A stretch of 24,658 nucleotides of DNA from Endomicrobiales bacterium (GTDB lineage Bacteria > Elusimicrobiota > Endomicrobiia > Endomicrobiales > CAWCFT01). A program made the position numbers and the translations under genes. The stretch spans positions 1-24,658 of the forward strand of contig CAWCFT010000010.1 in the NCBI GenBank assembly GCA_963794945.1. The letters run 5' to 3'. Of this stretch, positions 8,637 through 16,957 are shown piece by piece (the first letter of the stretch is position 1; the number at the start of each line of letters is the position of its first letter). The notes below the pieces were generated by a model. That model worked only from the letters and a program-made list of their open reading frames with translations. It was not told the DNA's origin and ran no database searches.

Positions 8637-9827
8637 ATGATCTTATCAGAGAGAGCCCAAAACATCAAACCGTCCGCGACACTCGCAATTGATTCAAAAG
8701 CCAAAGCCCTGAAAAGCCAGGGTATCGATGTCATAAGCTTTGGCACCGGGGAACCGGACTTCGACACCCCTGCAAATATTAAGGAAGCTGCGAAAAAAGC
8801 AATAGACGCCGGTTTCACAAAGTATTGCCCGGTTTCAGGAACCCCTGAACTTAAGCAGGCGATAATCGACAAATTCAAAAAAGACAACGATCTCGACTAT
8901 TCAAGCGACGAGATCATCGTTTCCTGCGGTGCGAAGCACTCTCTATACAACCTCTTCCAGGCAATGCTTAACCCCGGGGACCAGATCATAATACCCGCCC
9001 CTTACTGGGTTTCTTACCCTGATATGGCCGCTCTCGCAGGTGCGCAGCCGGAGTTCGTTAAAACGAGGGAGGCTGACGGCTTCAGGATGACACCGGAACA
9101 ACTCAAAAAAACTATAACAAGGAAGACCAAAGCTGTTATAATCAATTCTCCTTCGAACCCCACCGGCGCAACCTATACGTTCGATGAGCTTAAAGCGCTC
9201 GCGAAGATATGCGTTGAACATAATATTCTTATAATAGCCGACGACATTTACGAAAAACTCGTCTATCAGGATTTCAATTTTTACTCTATAGCATCCATTT
9301 CCCCGGAAGTCAAAGCGCTTACCGTTGTCATCAACGGCGTGTCCAAATCCTACGCAATGACCGGCTGGCGTATAGGCTACGCCGCCGGACCAAAAGAGAT
9401 AATCACTGCAATGACAAATATCCAAAGCCAATCAACATCTAATCCTACATCCATATCAATGAAAGCGGCCACCGAAGCGTTGAACGGTCCGCAAGACAGT
9501 GTTGAGATGATGAGAAAAGAATTCGAGAAACGACGGGATTATATTGTTGACAGGCTAAACGCGATCAAAGGCGTAAAGTGCCTTAAGCCGGAAGGGTCTT
9601 TTTACGTTTTCCCTAATATCAAGAAATTTCTCGGCAAGTCCTACGGCGGCAAAACTGTAACTACATGCACTGAATTTGCCGAATACCTTATCGACAAAGC
9701 GCGCATAGCCGTGGTTCCGGGCGACCCATTCGGCGCGCCGGGATACATCAGGCTTTCCTACGCTACATCTATGAAGAACATCAGAAATGGCCTCGACAGG
9801 CTTGAAGAAGCTATAAGCGGCAAATGA
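8637..9827 (+). CDS. aspC: PLP-dependent class I aminotransferase (aspartate aminotransferase-like)
   Basis: GEPDFDTP, PAPYWVSY, NSPSNPTG, DDIYEKL, and the PLP-lysine motif SKSYAMTGWRIGY. Start is ATG 8637 or GTG 8625. Confidence 0.93.
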   Translation: MILSERAQNIKPSATLAIDSKAKALKSQGIDVISFGTGEPDFDTPANIKEAAKKAIDAGFTKYCPVSGTPELKQAIIDKFKKDNDLDYSSDEIIVSCGAKHSLYNLFQAMLNPGDQIIIPAPYWVSYPDMAALAGAQPEFVKTREADGFRMTPEQLKKTITRKTKAVIINSPSNPTGATYTFDELKALAKICVEHNILIIADDIYEKLVYQDFNFYSIASISPEVKALTVVINGVSKSYAMTGWRIGYAAGPKEIITAMTNIQSQSTSNPTSISMKAATEALNGPQDSVEMMRKEFEKRRDYIVDRLNAIKGVKCLKPEGSFYVFPNIKKFLGKSYGGKTVTTCTEFAEYLIDKARIAVVPGDPFGAPGYIRLSYATSMKNIRNGLDRLEEAISGK

Positions 9828-9855
9828 TATTGCGTAATTAAATTCAATATATTTT

Positions 9856-9897
9856 AAATAAAAAAGACGGTAATTTTATTGCCGCCTTTTTTATTTT
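9856..9897. terminator. Bidirectional intrinsic terminator between the convergent aminotransferase and rng
   Basis: A-tract, stem CGGTAAT-TTT-ATTGCCG, then a T-tract. Confidence 0.8.
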
Positions 9898-9955
9898 TGT
9901 TTGCCTTTTGATATTCTCGATAGAAACATCCGGTAAAAACACCTATGCTCGCTGG

Positions 9956-11386
9956 TTATTCTATTATTATCTGGTAATCTTCCCATGGGACGTCGTTGGC
10001 AGACTGGATCTCTATGTCCTGGCCCGCGCATTGTTTAAGCCGTGAACACCTCTCGCGGAAATACTGGGCTACCGTAGGAGTAAGCCTTATTCTTATTTTT
10101 CCCGTGTGTCTTGCAAGCTTCATCTGCGCGAGTTCTTTAGATATCTGAATAAATAATGATTCCCTTGAAAGCACGAGCCCGAGCCCGTGGCAAGTGGGAC
10201 AAGTCTCGCCTAATAGCGCAAAGAGCGATTCTCTTTTCCTCTCCCTCGTCATCTCAATCAGGCCGAGCCTTGTAATAGGCCATATCTTAATTTTTGCCTT
10301 GTCGCCTTTTACCGCACGTGTCAGAGCCTCTAGAACCTTCTGCCGGTTCTTGGCTTTCTTCATGTCTATAAAATCTATGACAAGTATACCGCCTATATTA
10401 CGCAGCCTTATCTGTTTGGCTATCTCCTGCGCGGCCTTTATGTTGGTCAGCGTCACCGTCTCTTCCTGCGACTGCGCCCTCGAGCCCGTATAGCGGCCCG
10501 TGTTAACGTCTATAGCGCAGAGAGACTCGGCTTCCTGAATAATCAGATATCCTCCGGAGCGCAGGTTCGCGCGGTTTGATCTGAGCTTTTTTATCTCGTC
10601 CTCTATATTGAAGGCCTTGAATATCGGCGTCTTGCCCGTGTAAGGTTTTATCTTGTCGACAAGCTCAGGAGAAACTATTTTTACGAAATCCACTACTTCC
10701 TCATACTCATTTCTGGAATCTATCATGAACAGGTCAACTTCTTCGTTGAAATAGTCCCTGACAGTTTGGAACACTATACCCAGGTCCTTGTGTATCAGCG
10801 CCGGCGCCTTAGCTTTCTGCGCGCGTACATTTATCGATTCCCACAGCCTCACAAGATATTTTATTTCTCTTTTTATCTCTTTGTCAGTTGCATCCTCGGC
10901 TTCCGTGCGAACGATAAACCCACCGGTAGGCGGCTTACTCTCGGTTATTATCTGTTTGAGCCTATCGCGCTCCTGGCGGGATTCGATGTTCTTCGATATC
11001 CCGATGTGGTTGTTGAACGGCATAAAAACGAGCAGCCTGCCCGGCAGAGAGATGTCCATCGTGACGCGCGCGCCCTTCGTGCTTATAGGCTCTTTGTCCA
11101 CCTGAACAAGTACTTCTGAACCTATCTTTATCATCCTCTCAATTTTCTTCTCGCCTGATTCTGAAATGACGTCATCTGCCGAAAGATAGGCGCTCCTCTC
11201 GAGACCGACCTCCAGGAATGAGCTAGAAAGACCCGGCAGTATGTTCTTGACCGTACCCTTGTAAATATTTCCGACTATCTTTTCAGATTCCCTTCTCTCA
11301 TTAAAAAGGTCGACTATCCTGTCATTCTCAAGTATTGCTACCCTCGTTTCTTCCTGCGAACGGTTTACGATAATTTCTTTTTTCAT
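9956..11386 (-). CDS. rng: Rne/Rng family ribonuclease (RNase G-sized)
   Basis: S1 domain (GNIYKGTVKNILPG), KGARVT, AIDVNTG, QIRLRNIGGILVIDFIDM, LGLIEMTRER, CPTCHG. Confidence 0.95.
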   Translation of the reverse strand: MKKEIIVNRSQEETRVAILENDRIVDLFNERRESEKIVGNIYKGTVKNILPGLSSSFLEVGLERSAYLSADDVISESGEKKIERMIKIGSEVLVQVDKEPISTKGARVTMDISLPGRLLVFMPFNNHIGISKNIESRQERDRLKQIITESKPPTGGFIVRTEAEDATDKEIKREIKYLVRLWESINVRAQKAKAPALIHKDLGIVFQTVRDYFNEEVDLFMIDSRNEYEEVVDFVKIVSPELVDKIKPYTGKTPIFKAFNIEDEIKKLRSNRANLRSGGYLIIQEAESLCAIDVNTGRYTGSRAQSQEETVTLTNIKAAQEIAKQIRLRNIGGILVIDFIDMKKAKNRQKVLEALTRAVKGDKAKIKIWPITRLGLIEMTRERKRESLFALLGETCPTCHGLGLVLSRESLFIQISKELAQMKLARHTGKIRIRLTPTVAQYFRERCSRLKQCAGQDIEIQSANDVPWEDYQIIIE

Positions 11387-11401
11387 GATTGCCTCTTAAG
11401 T

Positions 11402-11520
11402 CAGCTATAAGCAATAAGCTGTAAGTTATAAGTTTGAACCTGCACCAGCAGTCAAACCTGCCTTCGAATATTTATTGCTGCTTCTTTTTCTTACAGCTTA
11501 AAGCTTACTGCTTATAGCTG
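11402..11520. repeat. Heptamer-armed palindrome B (TAAG type) between the radical SAM gene and rng
   Basis: CAG CTATAAG CAATAAG CTGTAAG TTATAAG ... CTTACAG CTTAAAG CTTACTG CTTATAG CTG. Confidence 0.92.
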
Positions 11521-11523
11521 CCG

Positions 11524-13983
11524 TTATGGTTCTAATATTGTACCATCTTTTTTTTCAATTAAAAACCCCGTGCGGCATATGGGCAGAGATTTCGCCTGGT
11601 CATCGGTCAGCCCCAGCAAAAGCTGCACTATCTTTTCAGGTTTGACATTCTTTTTTGGGCCGAATCGAAGCTCAAGATGTAGCCCCCCATCCTTATTCTT
11701 CAGTTCCTTTATAAGCGGCTTCGCGTCTATCTTTATGACTTTATTCTCTTTGACTTTTTCAATAATTATCTCCGGCGCCGAAAGGAAAGATTTTATCTTC
11801 TCGTCATCGGACACGGCTCCGATTTTATAAACCGCTATATTAAGGAGTGAGTCCAGTGAAGGGAAGAACACGGGGATCTTTTTGGCTTCCATGGTTTTGA
11901 ACCCGCGCGGCAGGGCTCGGTCAAGCCTTTCTATCATCTCTGCTGGTTCAACGCGCCTGGCAAGTTCAAGCTCCACGTACTCAGACTCGCTTTCGTATCC
12001 CACCGAAATCGCTGGCCCGAAAGCGGCTTTTACCTGCGGGCTAAAACCCATAGAGTATGCCACGGGAAGGTTTGCCCTGCGGAACAGCCTTCTAAAAACG
12101 TCTATTTGTTCCAGATGCGACAGGAACCTCACATCACCATGCCTTGAGAAACACAGCCTCATGCGAAGCACGGGCTGGAAAGAAGTTCTATCGGCTTTGA
12201 CTGCCATTGGCTTAACAACGGGCACCGCTTCCATAATCGTGTTCTCCTTTGGCTCGAAAGGCTCGAATATCTTTTTGTATTCTTCCCACAGTGCTTCTTT
12301 TTCACCTGAGAACTGCAAGTGTTCCCACGGAAGGATTTCATCCTTCTCCTTTTCACGGCCGACATAAAATGCTGTATCTATGCCGACCTCGGCAAACGCT
12401 TCTTTCCAGAGGTCGAACCTCGAATGTTCTTTCCACTGGTCGAATCGGCACCCTTTTTCCCACGCTTTAAGGATGACTTTTGAAAGCCTCCTGTCGCCGC
12501 GCGCGAGCACGCCTTCAAGCATGCTAGCTTCTACAAAGTGCCCTTTGACCAAAGCGGGCAGGGATCGTTCAAGTTTCTTTGTCCTGTCCACCATCTTCAC
12601 CGGATCTTCCATCCGCGCCCACTGGAACGGCGTTTGCGCCTTGGGAACAAAAGGCGAAACGGTTACGTTAAAGTTAAGGACCGAGTTAAGCCTTTTCGCC
12701 GCACGCACAAGCCTGACAATACCTTCAATATCTTCATCTGTTTCCGTTGGAAGCCCTATCATGAAATACATCTTTACAAGCTTCCACCCCATCCTGGAAG
12801 CGACGGATAGCGTGTCCAGGATATTTTGCTCGGAGATATCTTTACCTATAATGTGCCTCAGGCGTTCGGTACCAGCCTCGGGAGCAAAAGTGAGACTCGA
12901 GCGCTTATTGTGGCTTAAGTCCCCCGCTACCTTAAGGGAAAACTTGTCGCACCGGAGCGATGGAAGCGAAATACCTATTTTTTTTGAGCCGAAACGTTTC
13001 TGAACTTCTTCAAGCAGGCCATCTAGCCCTTTGTAATCGGTGGAGGAAAGCGACGCGAACGAGACTTCCTCATAGCCGGTCGACGCTAGGCCGTCTTCAA
13101 GGATCTTTAGTATGCTTTCCTTTGAGCGCTGGCGCCACGGGTAATAATACCTGGCAGCCTGGCAGAACCTGCACATGCGCGGGCATCCGCGCGAGATCTC
13201 GATATTCATCCTGTTGTGAACGGTTTGTATGAACGGCACCATTTGTTTAGCCGGAAAAAATGTTTCTTCCAGCTTCACTATGCGTTTTGTGATCCTTCCC
13301 GGCGCGCCGTTCATTGGTTTCACCGCTTTTATGGTACAGTCATCGTTATAGCTGACATCATAAAGTGAAGGCACATAAACTCCGGGAATTTTCGAAAGTG
13401 CTATCAGTAGTTTTTCCCTGTCCCCATTTTTTAAATTTGTATTCTGTAATTTGTAATCTGTAATTGCCGTTAAAATGTCTTTGATCGCGTCTTCCCCTTC
13501 CCCCAGCACGAACGCGTCAAAGAAATCCGCGAACGGCTCGGGGTTAGCCATAACCGGCCCGCCGCCTATAACAAGAGGGAACAAGCCTTTGCGTTCAGCC
13601 GAAAGTTTAGGTATACCCGCGAGGTCAAGCATGTTCATGAGGTTGCCCGCGCAAAGCTCGTGGTGCAAGCTGAATCCAACTATATCGAATTCCTTAAGCG
13701 GCGCTTTCGATTCTAATGAGAATAACGAAAAGTTGTCGGCTCTCAATTTATCTTCGAGGTCCTTAGCCGGACAGAAACACCTCTCAGCCCTGGCAGAAGT
13801 TGTTTCGTTGACGAGATGGTACAATATCTCTATTCCAAGGTTAGACGCCCCAACCTCATAAACATCCGGAAAGCAAAAACATATAGATGCCGGCGCGTTT
13901 TCTTTAGGCGCGTGCGAGTTCCACTCGGAATTGATGTACCTGGCCGGTCTCTGAACTAATGGAAGAATCTTGTCTATGTTCAT
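11524..13983 (-). CDS. TIGR03960-type B12-binding radical SAM protein fused to a TIGR03936/DUF2344 domain
   Basis: FPDVYEVGASNLG, CxxxCxxC motif RGCPRMCRFC, TFAPEAGTERLR; C-terminal domain RFLSHLE...RRANLPVAYSMGFSP. AAGGA precedes ATG 13983. Confidence 0.93.
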   Translation of the reverse strand: MNIDKILPLVQRPARYINSEWNSHAPKENAPASICFCFPDVYEVGASNLGIEILYHLVNETTSARAERCFCPAKDLEDKLRADNFSLFSLESKAPLKEFDIVGFSLHHELCAGNLMNMLDLAGIPKLSAERKGLFPLVIGGGPVMANPEPFADFFDAFVLGEGEDAIKDILTAITDYKLQNTNLKNGDREKLLIALSKIPGVYVPSLYDVSYNDDCTIKAVKPMNGAPGRITKRIVKLEETFFPAKQMVPFIQTVHNRMNIEISRGCPRMCRFCQAARYYYPWRQRSKESILKILEDGLASTGYEEVSFASLSSTDYKGLDGLLEEVQKRFGSKKIGISLPSLRCDKFSLKVAGDLSHNKRSSLTFAPEAGTERLRHIIGKDISEQNILDTLSVASRMGWKLVKMYFMIGLPTETDEDIEGIVRLVRAAKRLNSVLNFNVTVSPFVPKAQTPFQWARMEDPVKMVDRTKKLERSLPALVKGHFVEASMLEGVLARGDRRLSKVILKAWEKGCRFDQWKEHSRFDLWKEAFAEVGIDTAFYVGREKEKDEILPWEHLQFSGEKEALWEEYKKIFEPFEPKENTIMEAVPVVKPMAVKADRTSFQPVLRMRLCFSRHGDVRFLSHLEQIDVFRRLFRRANLPVAYSMGFSPQVKAAFGPAISVGYESESEYVELELARRVEPAEMIERLDRALPRGFKTMEAKKIPVFFPSLDSLLNIAVYKIGAVSDDEKIKSFLSAPEIIIEKVKENKVIKIDAKPLIKELKNKDGGLHLELRFGPKKNVKPEKIVQLLLGLTDDQAKSLPICRTGFLIEKKDGTILEP
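13437..13464. repeat. Lone 4-unit heptamer arm inside the radical SAM CDS
   Basis: TTGTATT CTGTAAT TTGTAAT CTGTAAT; read on the coding strand as ITDYKLQNTN. Confidence 0.8.
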
Positions 13984-14017
13984 TATTGTCCTTTTATATT
14001 TTAATGATTCGTTCTCT

Positions 14018-14287
14018 TTATTTTGCAATCTTTATCGCCGCGATAACAGCTTGTACTATTTGAACCAGCCCGCCCATGGCAATGATCACGCCGACAAAAG
14101 GTATCAACAACCCGGCGACCATTCTTGCCGTGCTTTCATTCATTTTGTCCCCGGCTTTGGGCCCAACCAGAGACTCGCTTATCTTTCTCCTGGCAAGAAG
14201 AAATTTTATCCCGAAAACAAGAAATATAAGCCCCATTATAAACGTAACAATTGCACCATTGTAATTATCAAGATGTGCTAACTGCAT
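14018..14287 (-). CDS. Hypothetical small membrane protein (two hydrophobic segments)
   Basis: GAGG RBS upstream, co-oriented with neighbours, two hydrophobic stretches. Confidence 0.7.
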   Translation of the reverse strand: MQLAHLDNYNGAIVTFIMGLIFLVFGIKFLLARRKISESLVGPKAGDKMNESTARMVAGLLIPFVGVIIAMGGLVQIVQAVIAAIKIAK

Positions 14288-14336
14288 ATAACCTCTTAGA
14301 AATCGGCCGTGCCGGAGACACTACTAATCAATTATC

Positions 14337-15275
14337 TCACCGGCCCTTGAAATACGCTCTCGTGTGTGTGTCTTTCAAGTTCGATATATCCTGCAGGAGA
14401 TAAGAGACATACCTGGCCTCAAGACTGGAAGGATACGCGGCCTTTATCTCCCCGTAAACACTTATTGCCTTGTCTCTGGCCGCGGGCCCAAGGCCTGCGA
14501 AATACCCAGAACCGGCTACGTTGTAATCCATACCCAACGCTGCAAGCTCGTTCACTTTTGCCAGGGAAAGCGACCATAAAGTTTCATATGCCCGTCCTAA
14601 AGAATAAAGCGCCTCAAGCCTGTAGCCAGTGTCCGGGTTATCGCTGAGGAACTGTGGAACCACAGTCGTCACCACCTCCGCGAAACAATAGTGCGGCGGT
14701 ATGTTCGCGAACATTGATTCCTTGTCGTAGTCGGTTTCAGAAGGCGAGTTCAAAAGGTCGATGAAAGCCTTCTGCCCCCACTGTGTGTGTGGAAACCTTT
14801 CTATAAGGATATATATTGGAGCGGTGGTGCGAACCGGCGAGTTCGCGTCATAGTCTATGCCAAAGGTTTTAAGCTCGCCCTGGCCTTCAGGCGAAGAGTA
14901 CGCCGGCAACCCAAGCTCAAGAAGATAGTAAGCCGCGGCTATCTGGTCTTCGGAGAGCCCGGCGAGATTACTATTTTTAAGCACTTGCAGAAGATCCTGC
15001 TGCTGCCCGGAGTTAACTTCTTTTTTCTCGTGCGTCCTTTGCGGCGGCACCCCTGCCTGCCCAAGCCCGAGCAAAGCCCGCTTCGCCTCAGCCATAAGCA
15101 TGTTGTGAGCCCCGCCGCGGACAAAATATTTCTCCTGCAGCTTGCTCTTGAGGTTAGCCTTGATACTTTCTACATCCTGAGGCGCCGCAGGCGCAGCCTT
15201 TTGCGGCGGTAGCGTCTGGCACGCACAAATGAACAAAGGGACTATAAGTAATAATAAATTCTTGTTATTTTTCAT
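14337..15275 (-). CDS. Hypothetical lipoprotein with TPR-like repeats
   Basis: GAGGAG RBS; MKNNKN, hydrophobic run and ICAC lipobox; repeated motifs RFPHTQWGQKA, NPDTGYRLEALYSLGRAY and YPSSLEARY. Confidence 0.8.
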   Translation of the reverse strand: MKNNKNLLLLIVPLFICACQTLPPQKAAPAAPQDVESIKANLKSKLQEKYFVRGGAHNMLMAEAKRALLGLGQAGVPPQRTHEKKEVNSGQQQDLLQVLKNSNLAGLSEDQIAAAYYLLELGLPAYSSPEGQGELKTFGIDYDANSPVRTTAPIYILIERFPHTQWGQKAFIDLLNSPSETDYDKESMFANIPPHYCFAEVVTTVVPQFLSDNPDTGYRLEALYSLGRAYETLWSLSLAKVNELAALGMDYNVAGSGYFAGLGPAARDKAISVYGEIKAAYPSSLEARYVSYLLQDISNLKDTHTRAYFKGR

Positions 15276-15507
15276 CTTAACTCCTCTGATCGCACGATCT
15301 ATTGACTAACGGCAGTATTTATGTTATTTATTCCCTGCATAATTATTGACTTATTACTTATATTTCAATCATTTTATAAATATATTATCTGGTTACAACA
15401 TGGTATGTAATGGGCATTACATTGCCATTTAGAGCTACTTCAATTAAGATGTTTGCCGGCAAACATTGCCACTTACCCGCTCCCCGCCCCAATACGACAT
15501 GTTTTTA

Positions 15508-16860
15508 CTAGGTATGGGTAAATCGCCTAATATGTATAGAAAACAGTATACCCAGCGCCCAGAGGCTGGAGACCATTGAAGAACCACCATAAGAGATCAG
15601 CGGCAGTGGTAGTCCGGTCGCAGGGGTTATACCCATGACCATTCCCATGTTTATGAAAGCGTAAAACGCGAACATCGCGGCTATGCCGGTCGCGACCAGC
15701 GAACCGTATCTGTCGCGGGACTCTCGCGCAACTATCATCGCCCGCCAGATGAGCAGGAAATAAGCTATTATCGTAAGTTCGGTGAAAACGAACCCCGTTT
15801 CTTCCGATATTACCGGAAAAATGAAGTCGGTATGCTGTTCCGGCAGGAACCCGAGCTGGGCCTGTGTGCCTGAAAAAAGTCCCTGGCCGAAGACCATGCC
15901 GGAGCCTATGGCGATCTTAGACTGGATTATGTTGTAGCCGCTGTCAAGTGGATCGGCGTCGGGATTGAGAAAGACCACGAGCCTTTTTCGCTGGTACTCT
16001 TTCATGGTCTTCTGGACCGCTAGAGACGAGACGCTTCCCAAAAGCACTATGAAGGATAATACCAGGGGATATATGAACGGGATACGAATCTTTAGCTGCA
16101 CAAAGAACCACCATGTGACAAATATCAATGCGATAACGCAGGTAAGCACTACCAACATGTGCAGTCCACCGCGAGAAGCGCTTACAAAATAGGCAAGCAA
16201 AGAATGTGAGGCAATAAGCTCCGGCTGCAGCTTGAAAAAAGTCGCCATGAGTGGGATGCCCGCCGCGAGGCTCCCGAAAAGCATCACGCCTATCAGGTAC
16301 ATAGGCGCGACACCCGCTACAAAAAGAAGGATTATCGTTATGGGAAAGTACACAAGCGATGATCCGAAATCGGGCTGCAGGAGTATCAGCAGTATATGGC
16401 CGAACAAAAGTAAAAGCCCGACTCCCAGCGTTGATAAACGTTTAGTTTCATTCCATACGCCGTCAAGGTAGCCCGCGAGCACCAGAATGAAAATGATCTT
16501 TGTTATTTCAATAGGCTGAAAAGCAAAATAATGGAAATTGATCCAGCGGCCTGTGCCGCGTATGGACCTGCCGACCATCAGCACCGAGGCAAGCATTAAG
16601 ATCGAAACGATATAGGCGGGGATTATTATCCCTCTGAAATACTGGTAATTGAAGCTGGAAAAAAGTATCATGCCACCGAGCCCTATCATTACCGCCATGC
16701 CCTGCGTGAACAGATATTTGCCGGGGTTGCCGTAATGGAGCGTGGCGGAATACACCGCAATGAGCCCCATTCCCAGGAGATACAACAGCGCGCCCACGAG
16801 GAACCAGTCGAGATTTTCGAGAAATCTTCTTAATACGCCTTTTTCTTCGTCTTGTTCCAT
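15508..16860 (-). CDS. rodA: Rod shape-determining protein RodA (SEDS)
   Basis: FQPIEITK, LQPDFGS, YQRKRL, GYNIIQSKIAIGSG, LPEQHTDFIF, GLPLPLISYGGSS. Confidence 0.96.
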   Translation of the reverse strand: MEQDEEKGVLRRFLENLDWFLVGALLYLLGMGLIAVYSATLHYGNPGKYLFTQGMAVMIGLGGMILFSSFNYQYFRGIIIPAYIVSILMLASVLMVGRSIRGTGRWINFHYFAFQPIEITKIIFILVLAGYLDGVWNETKRLSTLGVGLLLLFGHILLILLQPDFGSSLVYFPITIILLFVAGVAPMYLIGVMLFGSLAAGIPLMATFFKLQPELIASHSLLAYFVSASRGGLHMLVVLTCVIALIFVTWWFFVQLKIRIPFIYPLVLSFIVLLGSVSSLAVQKTMKEYQRKRLVVFLNPDADPLDSGYNIIQSKIAIGSGMVFGQGLFSGTQAQLGFLPEQHTDFIFPVISEETGFVFTELTIIAYFLLIWRAMIVARESRDRYGSLVATGIAAMFAFYAFINMGMVMGITPATGLPLPLISYGGSSMVSSLWALGILFSIHIRRFTHT

Positions 16861-16875
16861 ATATTTAATCCTTAA

Positions 16876-16951
16876 ATTTCAGATTACAAAGTTAAACAAA
16901 ATTCTAGAGCCTTCGGAGCTAATTTGTGATCTGAAATCTGTAATTTGTAAT
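16876..16951. repeat. Heptamer-armed palindrome C (ATTACAR type, short left arm) between mrdA and rodA
   Basis: ATTTCAG ATTACAA ... TTGTGAT CTGAAAT CTGTAAT TTGTAAT. Confidence 0.8.
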
Positions 16952-16957
16952 TCGCTG

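Noticed and set aside
15302..15329. XerD-like TTATGTTATTT
   Set aside because: No XerC-like arm at the required spacing.
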